A DNA stretch of 64,000 nucleotides from Haliotis rubra (taxonomy: Eukaryota), in contig NW_025766525.1 of NCBI RefSeq assembly GCF_003918875.1, positions 566,865 through 630,864 on the forward strand. Reading direction: 5' to 3'. This document shows positions 38,545 to 50,500 of the stretch, piece by piece. Position numbers and translations under genes: made by a program. How positions within the stretch are numbered: position 1 is the stretch's first letter; every line of letters starts with the position of its first letter. The notes under the pieces are model-generated. The model did no database searches and was not told where the DNA came from. It was given only the letters and a program-made list of their open reading frames with translations.

Positions 38545-38700
38545 CTACTACCTATACCTCTTAATCAAGTATTTCCGATACCCAACCTTCTGATGTCATT
38601 TCCGATATTCTTACGTCATTTCCAGTTCTATGGTGTCACTTCGGGTCCATGACGACACTAATATTCATTCCGCGCGCATGATCTGATGTCACTTCCGGTT
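38545..38700. promoter_or_regulatory. Cluster of five composite motifs TGAYGTCAYTTCC(G)G, each a CRE-like TGACGTCA joined to an ETS-like CTTCCGG, within 160 bp.
   Basis: tgatgtcatttccg, tacgtcatttccag, tggtgtcacttcgg, tgatgtcacttccggtt and tgacgtcacttccggtt were all read directly. The cluster lies at the 3' side (in element orientation) of the DIRS-like element. Confidence 0.4.
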
Positions 38701-40618
38701 AATTGACGTCACTTCCGGTTGATTAACCAAAAAATCTAAAACGGCGGAACAACAGAAAGAGACTGCTCCCTAGAATACTGAACCTCACCTCAGTGCTTGG
38801 TTAGTATCACGAAAGGGATACACATAATCGTTCCTTACCTGTTAAATCTCTGTATCTTTATCTTCCTTCCATGATCTGAATAATACAAGAAGAGCTGGTG
38901 CTCTGATAACCTACAAACCCCCATCCCCCACCCCAGGACACTAGGCAGAGGATGCTGTGCCACTACTAAAGGACCCAAGGACTTAAATTAAAATTGATAA
39001 AGGCATTCTGAGACTTCCATGACAGCTCATGACTACTCACGCAACTGATACCGAACCCCATGCAGCTATAGAAGATGCTAAGGCCCTAATCTCATGAGGG
39101 AAAATCTATTGGTAACTGATTCCATCAGCCATGAAGCAATAGTATTCTTACAGATCTCTGTATCTACATTGTCTTGCATGAGAGGAAGAGATGGCGACGG
39201 TTACGTCTAAAGGTAGATGAGCGTTGTAAGTACCATCTAAGGGCTCTGATTGGGCATAGTAACCTTGATCTATCGGACCTTGAAGCAGTGGCAGGAAGGG
39301 CTGGTATTTCATAAGATCTGTGTCCCAAAGGACCTGCAGCGGCTGACTGATTCTTGGCTGCAAACTCTGGTACTGTCCTACAAGACATTGACTTATAACC
39401 CTCAGCAAGGGCAATAGATTTAACATCAATTGCATGCAACTCTGATTCTCTCGAGGCCTTGGGGAAGGCAAGGAGGAAAGCTGTCTTGAAACTCAAATAT
39501 TTCAGACAGGTATCTTGCATAGGTTCAAAAGGGTATCTCTGTAGAGCTTATAATACTAAGCATAGGTCCACACTGGAAACACTGATGGATCCGTGAACCA
39601 CGCCCTGGTTGGCCATGCTGGAGCTACCAGATAAACTACACAGTTGTGTTGTGCAATTTGGTTAGTACTTCCGGAATTAACTTGAATGGAGGAAACGCAT
39701 AAGCTATGAGATTCTTTCATGATATTGATTGGGCGTCCACTGCCCAGGCGTAGGATCCGGACCGGACTCACAAATATTGGTAGTCTGTTGTTTCTTGACG
39801 TCGCAAACAGATCTATGGATGGCATCTCCCAATTGTCCATAATGAGCTTGAATGCTTCCATATTGAGAGTCCATTCCATTGCCACAATCCTGCCCTGCCT
39901 GGAGAGGGAATCGGCTAAAATGTTCAGCTTGCCTGGAATGTGACGTGCTCTGATAAACTCTACATCATGTCTGCCACTCTGAATATGTCCTGAGTGATGT
40001 AAAGGAGATGATGTGATTTTGTTCCTCCTTGTTTGTTTATGTACGCTACTACCATACTGGTGTCCGTTACCAACATGATACTTTTCCGATGTAGACTCCA
40101 AGACCAATGGGAAAGAGCCTTTTGTAGTGCTAACATCTCGAGACAATTGATGTGAAGATTGCTCACTTCCGGAGACCAAAGACCCTGAGCCTGATACACG
40201 TCCATATGAGCACCCCAGCCCGTGGTTGAAGCGTCCGTATAAATCGTGACCTCTGGAGGAGGCTGACGAAAGTGAACTCCCGGAAGGACGTTGCTGTTGA
40301 CTGTCCACCATAATAGTTCCTGGCGTTTTATGCTGGAAGGAGAGATCGTTTCTTCCAGGTCCAGATTGCGAAACTGGTTTAGCCAAATCTGTGGTTCCCG
40401 CAAATGTATCCTGCCCCTCCTCGTAACAACCTGGATGGATGTGAGAGATGCCATCAGAGACATCCATGAACGAAACCGACACAGCCTTGTCTGCCGGGAG
40501 ATCATAGACTTTGGACCGAATCTTGTACTAGCGATCTTGAGGAGTATAGAGTCATCCCGCCTTGGCATCAAGAATGGCTCCCAGATACTTGATCCTTGAC
40601 GTGGGTTCCATTTATGAT

Positions 40619-40806
40619 TTGGGGCGGTGGGGTAGTCTAGTGGTTTAAGCGGTGGCTCATCACGCTGAAGACCCTGGTTCAAATCCCCACATGGGTACAA
40701 AGTGCGAAGCCCATTTCTGGTGTCACCCGCTGTGATGTTGCTGGAATATTGCTAAAAGCGGCGTAAAGCCAAACTCAGTCAGTCAGTCAGTCCAGTTCTG
40801 ATTTGA
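40619..40806 (+). mobile_element. tRNA-derived SINE nested in the DIRS-like element. Its head, ggggcggtggggtagtctagtggtttaagcggtggctcatcacgctgaagaccctggttcaaatcccc, carries an A-box (tagtctagtgg) and a B-box (ggttcaaatcc). The body ends in a (cagt)n tail.
   Basis: Pol III box A/B consensus motifs are present. A candidate 7-bp target-site duplication, tgatttg, occurs at both flanks. Confidence 0.7.
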
Positions 40807-41103
40807 CAGGATGTACTATGAGACCGAGATGGGTAAATACATGGAGAATAAAATCGTCCAAGTACCCGTGAATTGCAATCTGACACCGATGCAGGAACGC
40901 TAAGATGGGATTTATGACCACTGTGAAGAGCCAAGGAGCTAGCGATATCCCGAACGGTAGGACACGAAACTGGAATCTCCGGCCGTTTATCGCAAAACGA
41001 AAGTACTTCTGTGAACGAGGATGAATAGGTACGTGGAGATAAGCGTCCTTCAAGTCTGTGCTGATGAACATGGAGCCCTGTTGAATAAATGTTCTCAAGT
41101 TGG

Positions 41104-41222
41104 CCTTGGTGGGGTAGCCTAGTGGTTAAGGCGTTAACTCGTCACCATGAATACCTGGGTTCGAATCCCCACTTGGGTACAATGTGTGAAGCCCATGGCA
41201 TTGAGTGAGGACGCCTTGGCCA
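41104..41222 (+). mobile_element. Second, truncated copy of the same tRNA-SINE head (ggggtagcctagtggttaaggcg...ctgggttcgaatccccacttgggtacaatgtgtgaagcccat), inserted in the RT region of the DIRS-like element.
   Basis: A-box and B-box motifs are present. gccttgg is repeated at both flanks and may be a target-site duplication. Confidence 0.65.
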
Positions 41223-41679
41223 GGTTAGAATTGTAAGATTCCAATGAAGATTTCAATGCCGACGAATAAGGAAGAGATAATCTGGAAATCCTTTCTGGAG
41301 GCAGGCAGCCCGAAGTTCCTAGTTCAACTGGTAATTCCTGTTCTGGTTCGTCCAATTGTGACGTGACCGTGATTGGATATAAGCCATGAATCAGTTCTAC
41401 TTTCTCCTTGAAAGACCAACCTGGGGTAAAATCCTCAGACGAAGTATCCATAGGCTGAACCATGAGTAAACCCTCCTTCATTAAAAAGTCCGGCTGGGAA
41501 ACGGATAAACGGAAATACACTCTGAGTCCAATAAATCCGGTACCAGGGGTAAAATTGGCGGCTGTCTTGTCTGTAGGCTGGGAGATGAAGGCCGGAGGCA
41601 CGTAATCAGTCCCGCTAACTGGCTGAAGCCCATTCCCCGCGTGGGATAAGGTGACAGGCTTTTCCTGTTGGCGTCACCC

Positions 41680-43560
41680 GAATCCCTAGGCTTCGGGTCC
41701 TAGTCAAATGGGTCTCATGACAAATGGGCCCCAAAATGGAAAAGTCAAAAGGGTCGAAAGAAAGTCAAAATGGCTGTAAACCCCTAGTCAAAAGGGCCGC
41801 ATCAAAATTTAAAAGGGCCCCATCAAAAAGTCAAAAGGGCCTCAGACCCCTAGTCTAAAGGCCCCATATAAAAAAGGGTATTATAGTAAAGGTTATATAG
41901 CATGACCAGAAATTATTGAGAAGTTTAGGAATATGTTTAATTGGATATCTAGTATAAACAACCTTGACCTGCTATCAAGTGCTTGGTTTCATTCAAGAGA
42001 GACAACCCTGTTAATCCTTCTGCATTAGTTTGTGAAGAGTTATCCCCCTTTGTTTAATTGCTAGTAGACGACATTTTCAGTGATCCTCAGTATGGATGAT
42101 TTAGAGAAGAGGAAGTTGAGTTAAGAGTATTATAACAAGGACATCAGATCAGCTAAAGTGATTTCAAGTAGAACAGGCATCCCTTTGTCCACTTTTTATC
42201 GTGTTTTGAAAAATATTGCAAATGGATATGGCATTGAGCACCAGGGAGGCGCAGGCAGGCCCAGAAAATTGACTGTCAGTGACAGGAGTTGGTTTGGTAT
42301 TCTTGTTTCTAAAAACAAACGAAGGAGTTTAGAAAACTTAAGGCTGATAGAGGAACTGTGGCTGTCTGTAAGGAGACAATTAGAACTGAGCTGCATGCAA
42401 TGGGTTGGCAGAAAAGTCGAGGAATTCCATCACCGATCATGAAACCTGAACAAAAGGAGCGAAGGTTGAACTGGTGCTTACAGCACCAGAAATTTTAACT
42501 GAAACAATATGATTTTCTCAGATGAAAGTTCTGGGTGGCTGTTTCCTAATACACTGAAATTCTGGACCAAACAAACTGAAAAACCTTTTTATCAGTGCCC
42601 AAAGTACAGTCAGAAATTAAACGTGTGGGGTGGGATATCTGTGTTAGGGGCAACACCCCTCTGTGTATTTGAAGGGAATATGAACAGTGAGCGGTACACA
42701 GGTATTCTTGAAATTTACTTCCATCTGCTCACGTGTTCTATGGAAATTTTTGGATTTTCCAGCAGGACAACAACCCAAAACATCGTTCAAAACATCCAAG
42801 GTGTTTAACAATTAAATGCTAAAAAAATGCAAGCTGAACAAAATACATAAAAGATATCATTTTCATGATAAAATATTTCTTGATTAAGTTTAAGAACATA
42901 CCTATTTTTGTGACATATTTAAGGGTGTTACAAATCTCTCAATAGAATTTCTAGCTAAAACTTTAATACCACCTGCATACCAACCTTTCTGATTGCCTGA
43001 CAACAATTTAATAGCATAATTAAATCTCTTAAGTCAAACTGTTGAAGCCATGTCTCTGTTAGTCCTATTATATAATAAGATTTCACATAATCAATAAAGT
43101 GAGGAAAACCAGCATGCCACCTAATTTTGGCATTTGCTGATATAGACAGACAGATTGTTTATTTCTCTGCCAAAGTATTTGTCATAATCATAAATGATAG
43201 GTGTTTTGTTACTTAGATGAAATAATAACCATCACATACATCTATTCTTTGTCAGCATTTTCTTTCAAATATTGAAAAAAATATCTTCTTAAAACTGAAC
43301 TAGTATGTATAAAGTATACATTGTATAGATGTATCTAACGTTTTACTATAATACACTTTTACAAAAAGATGTTATTTTTTTATATGGGTCCCTTTTGACT
43401 AGGGGTCTGAGGCCCTTTTGACTTTTTGATGCGGCCTGTTTGACTAGGGATTTGCGGTCCTTTTGACTTTCTTGTGTCCCTTTTGACTTTTCCGTTTACG
43501 GTCCCTATTGTCATGCGACCCTTTTGACCTGTTCCCTAGGCTTTTTCCCCTGTGGGGAAT
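41680..43560 (+). mobile_element. Tc1/mariner-family DNA transposon with long TIRs of about 200 bp (41680-41880 and the reverse complement at 43380-43560). The TIRs contain internal agtcaaaaggg(c) direct repeats. Inside is a degraded transposase with an N-terminal HTH region (GRPRKLT) and the start of the DDE domain (FSDES..., NVWGGIS). The 3' half is missing.
   Basis: The TIR pair is verified by reverse complement (ccctagtcaaaagggcc..., gggcctcagacccctagtc). ORFs 42158-42442 and 42509-42808 carry the Tc1 motifs. Confidence 0.75.
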
Positions 43561-44279
43561 TGCTCTCCGGTCAGGACAGTACATGATACCCAGCTTTCCC
43601 AGGTAGAGCACCTAAAGTCTTCACGGTACCAGGGATACTCTACAACAGGGATAGGTCACTCGCTTGCTTTTTTTTACCATTTGTACTAATTAACGTGTGC
43701 CTCGGCATGCTCCAATGCACACAGTGACTTGGTTCGTTCCCAGTGCAACTTCGGCTGCGTTTAACAGTACTTCAGCCAGTTTATTGTATCAGTTGGAATT
43801 TTACAATGAATGAATGAATGTATGAATGAATGTATTAAGAGCACGAATTATATGTGAATGAATGAAAGAAATAAAGAAAAAGAACAAAAGAAAGAAATAC
43901 ATATGTGAATGAATGAAAGAATAAATGATATACTACGGCCATCCCTCCCCAAACCTGTTAAAGAACGCAAAACTATCGTTAGATCACATGTGTTAACATC
44001 AGCTGTCCTTTTTTTAAAAAATCTACTTTGAGGCATTTTTTACATCAGTAATAAATTCAGATATCTTATTGCATGTGTGGGATGGCATGGACATTTACAG
44101 AATGTTAACTGACACCGTCACACACCCCTCAAAAACAAAGTTTAGAGCTATCACAAAGCGTTGTAAACACCTTTCCAGTTTTGTCAAATACTAAGATCAA
44201 CTAGAAAGAAAGAAGTTTTAGAACCATAACACACAAGCATCAATGGCGGATAAGAACAGATCGGCAATATGTCATATTT

Positions 44280-44650
44280 TTCACATATCTCAAATACACC
44301 CTAACAATTTTTTTAAAATTATAAAACTATCACTATTACTTGCAAACACCTTTCACCTGATGGTATATTACCCTCATAAAAATTAAAGGTGTATGTGAAA
44401 GATGTTTTAGAACAATAACTAGAAACACTCAAACAACGCCCTGTAGTATTTCAATGGCAGATCAGCGATATGTCATATTTTTTCACACACCTCAAATACA
44501 CCCTAACAAAAAAAATTCAGTTATAAAACTATCACTATTACTTGCAAATACCTCTCAACTAAAGGTATATGTCCCTTCTAAAAATTAAACGAATATGTGA
44601 AAGAAGTTTTTAGCAATAGATTTTAGTCTTTCTTCGCTGTGTACCGATAA
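44280..44650. repeat. Tandem duplication of about 190 bp (atatgtcatattttt-cacatatctcaaatacaccctaacaa...ttacttgcaaacacc...).
   Basis: Two adjacent near-identical units were read directly. Confidence 0.7.
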
Positions 44651-45157
44651 TAAACGCCAATGAGCTACAACATGCCGACTTGAAACGTTACTACAAATCT
44701 ACTGTACTAATACTGACACTTATAACAATTATTTGACTTAAAATGAAGTGACAGAATAGGTAACTTATCTTCTACATGTAGGTTTTCAGTTGTCGCAACA
44801 CTCAGCGAATGTAAAAAATAAAATAATGTTGAAAAGCGAATGTTGAAAATAAATCAGGCTCATATTAAAAACTTCGCTGCTGCCATATTGGCTACACTGG
44901 TCACGTGACGAGCCGAGGCATACGCTAAGGGGCTTTTCGAGGAGTGACCACTCCCTTACTGACAGATGAACCGGCCTTTGCCCTCGCCAAACAGTCTGTA
45001 TTATTCATAGCCATATTGCCATGATCAATACTCTCTTGAAACATTCTCTGTAGAGAGTTGATTTTTGTCTCATTCCTCAAATCCATCTCCTTCATAGTCT
45101 GGTTAACTGAGGCTTGCAGCTCCGTTTTAAATGAAGAAAACAAATCTGCAATAGCCG

Positions 45158-45472
45158 TTAAATCCAAAAGAGAAGAATCTGATTTTGATCAAGACCTCGA
45201 CTTTGATTTAGGCTCCAATCTCTGAGAAGAAGCTGGTGTACTAGGAGTGGATTTCTTAGGTTTACTAGCCTCAGAACATAGAGAACTCTTACGTTTCTTA
45301 GACTGAGACCTAGCCTGTCGATGTTAAGCCACTGAATTTCTGACAAGTCGAAGCATAACAAACAACGATCTACAAGGGTGCAGGGGGTCCGCGTAAAGCA
45401 CGGTAAGCAAAGAGAGTGAGGGTCTAGATCGGACATAAATTTTTTACATTGAACACATTTAGATTTCGCCAT
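45158..45472 (-). CDS. Hypothetical ORF with a Cys-rich N-terminus (MAKSKCVQCKKFMSDLDPHSLCLPCFTRTPCTLVDRCLLC...). The product is unknown. An alternative Lys/Ser-rich frame downstream suggests a frameshift.
   Basis: The ORF is present in the six-frame track. The ATG is at 45470-45472 (minus strand). No recognisable domain was found. It may belong to a transposable element. Confidence 0.25.
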   Translation of the reverse strand: MAKSKCVQCKKFMSDLDPHSLCLPCFTRTPCTLVDRCLLCFDLSEIQWLNIDRLGLSLRNVRVLYVLRLVNLRNPLLVHQLLLRDWSLNQSRGLDQNQILLFWI

Positions 45473-45719
45473 AACTGAAGAGAAAAACTGAGGGAAAAAG
45501 GGCGGGAAAAGTCTAACAAAATAGACAATAATTTGTCGCAAATACGATTGTCACAAGGACCAAATGTCGACACCACTAACCGACAAGATATGGATCTAGT
45601 GTTGGAGACTGTTGATAGCAGAAATTTGTACTTCAATCTTGTGCATGTCTGTACTGTAGACCATGCAGAAAAATTGTGAGGGTTTTCAAACAACAATGGT
45701 GTGATTTCATGTCAAGGGG

Positions 45720-45870
45720 AGGTAACTCTATCGGTTAGGAGGGAGACATACCAGTAAGGGTAGCTATGACTTAGGGTGAAAATTTTCATTTCATTTTCTG
45801 TATGTGTCTGTGGAAACCACAGAATTAAGGCAACCATAATCCAGAGGGAATGTTTACGCTATAATTCCTC
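45720..45870 (-). mobile_element. Reverse-complement partial copy of the foldback element seen at 38008-38150.
   Basis: The reverse complement of 45723-45850 matches ctctggattatg.ttgccttaattctgtggtttccacagacacatacagaaaat.aaatgaaaatttt.accctaagtc...at 38008-38100. Confidence 0.6.
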
Positions 45871-46035
45871 TTTATCTTGTATCTGTGTTTGTATCAGTGG
45901 GTGCATGACTTTGCTATCTGTGATCAACATGTCATGTTACAGGAAGGCCTGTGGCTGATGAGATGCTCCACCTGTTGGCAACACTCTCAATCATGAATCT
46001 GTGTTTTTATCTGTGATCAACATGTCATGTTACAG

Positions 46036-46289
46036 GAATGACTGTGGACGGTGAGATGCTCCACCTGTTGGCAACACTACTGGTGATCTTCAGCATCTTG
46101 GAGGCTCTCTGTCCAGAGTTATTCCCCTTGTCCTTCAACAGTCTTCTTGAGTATTCTTCTCAGAAAGATCAAATTCAGCAGACCCAAAAAGGAATCCGAA
46201 ACAAGTTGCTGACCCCGATGTTGCAGGAATCACTGAGTCGGGGGTTAAACGTCTGCCTGGCTACTGACAGCAAACATCGGCCTGACTGA
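46036..46289 (+). CDS. Terminal exon of a third paralogue, gene C (G-MTVDGEMLHLLATLLVIFSILEALCPELFPLSFNSLLEYSSQKDQIQQTQKGIRNKLLTPMLQESLSRGLNVCLATDSKHRPD*).
   Basis: The acceptor is gttacag| at 46035. It is homologous to 9101-9519 over the ..TLL.I..ILEALCPELFPL block. A tandem duplication of about 90 bp at 45921-46060 copies the acceptor and the first 45 bp of the exon. Confidence 0.55.
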
Positions 46290-47504
46290 GTGGCCGTGAC
46301 AACCCAGCTGCTAGGACTGAAGAAACAGCCAGGCAGCAGGGCTGTCTCAGGGTTGAAAACCTTATCCATCTTACTGGATGATTTGGGAATTTTACAGACC
46401 AACGTCAACATGCAGTGAGATAAAAACTGTTTTGTTGAATTTTGTGATTAGTGTTTTGGTTTGATACATTAATTGGATTTTGTTGTTATTTCTTTCTAAC
46501 TTTATTACTGAGAGTGTTTCCATGGGATCCAGACCGTGGACCTAAGTAGATTACAATGTAATCATATAGGGACATGTTTGATGCCTTTTACAAATGGAGG
46601 AAACCCTGTGCAGGTTTGTGTGTATCCCTATGGTTGCTTGGGGTCCTCTTTTGATGTTATAACAGTTGTAGTAGGTGGGAAATATATCATAGTTGTAGTT
46701 GCTGGGAAATATATATTCTTATTGTTCACTTTTCTTTGCTTTTACACATCTGACTTTGTTTCGTAATGTTATGACTATTTTATCACTGGACAAACAGGCA
46801 GACACAGTGAACTGAACGTGACAGGTGTCACATAAACTGTCATGAGTAGCTTCCCTTTGATAAAGTGATCTTCCAGGCAGACCAAGGGATTGCCAGGTGA
46901 TCATAATTTTGTGTACATATTTTAATGTTAATGATGCGCACGTGAATGTAATGCCACTGTAAACCTCATGAATACCTGCAGCCAGTGGCTCTTGGCCATG
47001 GGAGCCGTGCGATTCTACACTTGTTTGAGGGGTAAACAAAGTCAGTGATAATGTTTGTGGTATCTGTGGTGGCTGAGTGGGTTAGAAGGCTGACTTGTGT
47101 GCTGGCAGTTCGGTGCCTGTGAGTGGGTTTTGACAGCATACCAGTAGAATAGTATAACTTACTGTAATGCTGTTGTAAGCGAAGCAGATAAAGTAAGCTT
47201 TTTGTTGTGTCATGCTTTTTATTTTTGTAATAATTTAAGGCTGCTATCTTAGAGAAGTGTAGCAAGCAGTCATATGATCACCATATAAAACCTACTAGAA
47301 GCATAGCCGATATGTCCACTTAACACATATGCAAATGAACCTTAAAGTAATAGATAAAAAATCCCTGAAATGCAAGTGTGTATATTAGCATCAAACAAAT
47401 TAACAACTTTCCCTGCTCGTCGGACAACTTCGCAGACTATTCAAATGATGCAATATTCAACTCCCCATGCAACATCTGAAATAACCATAAATGACATATA
47501 ATGA

Positions 47505-50500
47505 TAAAATTACATACCTATAACTTTCAGTTAATAACATTATCATGGTACACCAGGTATCCACACTCAGTGTAAGCTGAGCAAGCATAGTTCATGCCAC
47601 ACCACCACACGGGCTCTTCATTCAGCTGTTCACAATTATAGACAATAGGAAAAGTGGAAAGCAACTATCTCATTGTATCTGTTTTACTGTCCCTAAATAC
47701 ACTTGACATGCCATTACATTACATGTTGTGGTCTTTGTATGTTTGTTTTTGTCTGTCTGTTGGTATTTTCGTCTTGGTCTGGTTTACTTTGTATTTATTT
47801 ATCTCCAATATATTGTACAATTGTCAGTACTTGTCCCGGGGGATTATCATAAACTCTTAGGGTACTTATTGAATTGTAAATAACGTTCCAATACGCCGAC
47901 TTATTTATATATTTCTTCATATGGGTAATCATTGCGAAGTCATTGATATGACTACTCTCCCACTGTTCTCCATAGTTTGGAGTTTTGATTGTATTTAGTT
48001 GGGGTTTGTTTTGTTTTTGTGTTTTTTTCTTATCGTTTCTTTACCAACCGACGTGTACTACGTCCATTTACTTCACGCATTTACAGATGTCTAAACAGTA
48101 GTTATAATTGACATATTAATAAAATTACATACCTGTAATTTTCAATCAATAACATTATCCAGGTACACCAGGTATCCACACTCAGTGTAAGCTGAGCAAG
48201 CATAGTTCATGCCACACGACCCGCACGGGCTCTTCATTCAGAACATGCATACATAGCAGCTGTTCACAATTATAGACAATAGGAAAAGTGAAAGCAACTA
48301 TCTCATTGTATCTGTTTTACTGTCCCTAAATACACTTGACACGTCATTATTTACATGTTGTGGTCTTTGTATGTTTGTTTTGTCTGGTTGTGGGTATTTT
48401 CGTCTTGGTCTGGTTTACTTTGTATTTATTTATCTCCAATATATTGTACAGTTATCAGTACTTGTCTCAGGGGATTATCGTAAAGTCTTATGATACTTAT
48501 TGAATTGTAAATAACGTTCCAATACGTCGACTTATTTATATATTTCTTCATATGGGTAAGGTCGTGCCGAAGTCATTGATATGACTACTCACCCACGTTC
48601 TCCATTTTTTTGAGTTTTGATTGTATTTATTTTTTTATCGTTTCTTTACCAACCGACATGTACTACGTCCATCTATTTCACGCATGTTCAGATGTCTAAA
48701 CAGAAGTTATCCTTGCATGTTGGTACCACAACCTCATTTTCTATTTACTATTCTCATACTTCAAATGTTCCACATAATGTTTTACCTCACTACACGAAGC
48801 ATATTCCTCAAGCAGCACGTCCCACTGCCTCCAACTTCATATTGTTCGTAAGACAGATCGATGGGGGGTTGACATAACTCAGTATAGGATGGTAGTAGGG
48901 TTGTTCGCTGCTATTACCTCTAGTAGAAATAGTCGCCGTTTTGATAGATTTACTTGTTTTTGCATAGTCCTATGATTTCTTTATTATTGATATACTGTGG
49001 AGACGTACATCCAAACCCGGGTCCTGATCTTAGTATTATCCATTTAAACATACGTAGCTTGAGAGATAAAGTTGATCTACTTGCTGCCGAATACAGTCAC
49101 TATGACGTCATTTGTTTATCTGAGACTTGGTTAAGTCATGACGTAACGAATGATTCTATAGCTATATCCGGGTATCATCCGCCACTTCGTAAAGATAGAC
49201 CGACAAGGGGTGGAGGGGTTTAAAATTTGGGAAACACTTCAAGGATGCATTTAAGAGAACAATTTATGACTATAACCGTGCAGACTACGATGGGTTAAGT
49301 GATAGTATATCATCAACCGATTGGGACACTCTGTTTAGTGATGATATTAATATCTCTGTTGAAACTTTTACATCCACGCTCAGTAGATTAATCAATAAAT
49401 ATATTCCAAATAAAGAAGTAGTTATAAGACCTCGAGACTGTATATGGATGAACGGATATCTCATGGAAATTAATGAGGAAAAGAAACCGCCTACATAAAG
49501 TTGCTAAACGAAAAAATGATACCTATCATTGGGAATGTTTTAAAGTCGCTAGAAACAAAGTCATTTCGAAGTTAGAAAAGCTAAACGCAAGATATGATTT
49601 GAAACTTGATGATATCATTAACACCGATAGAGGAACTAAATCATGGTGGCGATTAGTAAATAAGCATATTAAGAAAAATAGAAATTCAGGTAAACAGTTT
49701 TCACCTATCACACACAACGGTACTGTTCTAGAAGATGCAGATGACATTGCTAATGCGTTTAATGAATACTTCACAGAACAAGCCCAAGTTGATTTAACCT
49801 AATATCGACTCACCTCCTCCCACTCACAGCTTAAAACAAATTAGATATAATTCTCTAACGGAAAATGAAGTGTATGATATCCTGGTGTGTTTAGACACAA
49901 AGAAAGCTAAGGGTCCTGATAATATCAGCAATAAATTATTAAAAGTTTTAGCTCGGCCTCTCCATAGACCCGTTACGAAGCTTTTGAATCTATCCCTAAA
50001 ACATTCTCAATTTCCCGACATTTGGAAATTTTCGGCAGTTGTCCCTCTTCACAAAAAAGGAAGTGTGCATGATTGTAATAATTATAGGCCAGTTGCTCTA
50101 TCTTGTTGTTTGGCTAAAGTATTTGAAAAGTGTATATTCAAGCACGTTTATAATTTCTTTATGGATAATGATATTATATCGAAACATCAGTCTGGATTTA
50201 AACCTGGTTTTATCAAAGGCTCTAGATGAGGGTAAAGAAGTCCGAGCTGTCTTTTGTGATATCAGCAAGGCCTTCGATCGTGTTTGGCACGCAGGGATGG
50301 TATCAAAACTTGAATCCATAGGAATAACTGGAAAACTATTGCTTTGGTTTGAAAATTATCTTAGTAATAGAAAACAGTCAGTTGTGATTAATGGCCACAA
50401 ATCGAGTCCAAAATTTGTATCGGCTGGTGTTCCTCAAGGCTCTGTCTTGGGGCCACTATTATTTCTCGTCTATATAAACGATTTAACCAACGGAATAGTA

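Larger units (their letters stand above)
39148..41601 (-). mobile_element. Degraded DIRS/Ngaro-like tyrosine-recombinase retrotransposon.
- RT domain (LKDAYLHVPIHP..., HGYLDDFIL).
- RNase H domain (TIYTDASTTGWGAHM..., YINKQGGTKS, HIPGKLNILADSLSR).
- Post-RNase H EW.L...IDLFATS.NN.LP.FVSP block.
- Tyrosine recombinase fragment (KTAFLLAFPKASRESELHAI, LCPIRALRWYL).
   Basis: The motifs were read from minus-strand ORFs 41134-41601, 40787-41098, 39960-40700, 39556-40482 and 39164-39520. The frames are broken, and two SINE insertions interrupt the pol region. Confidence 0.75.
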
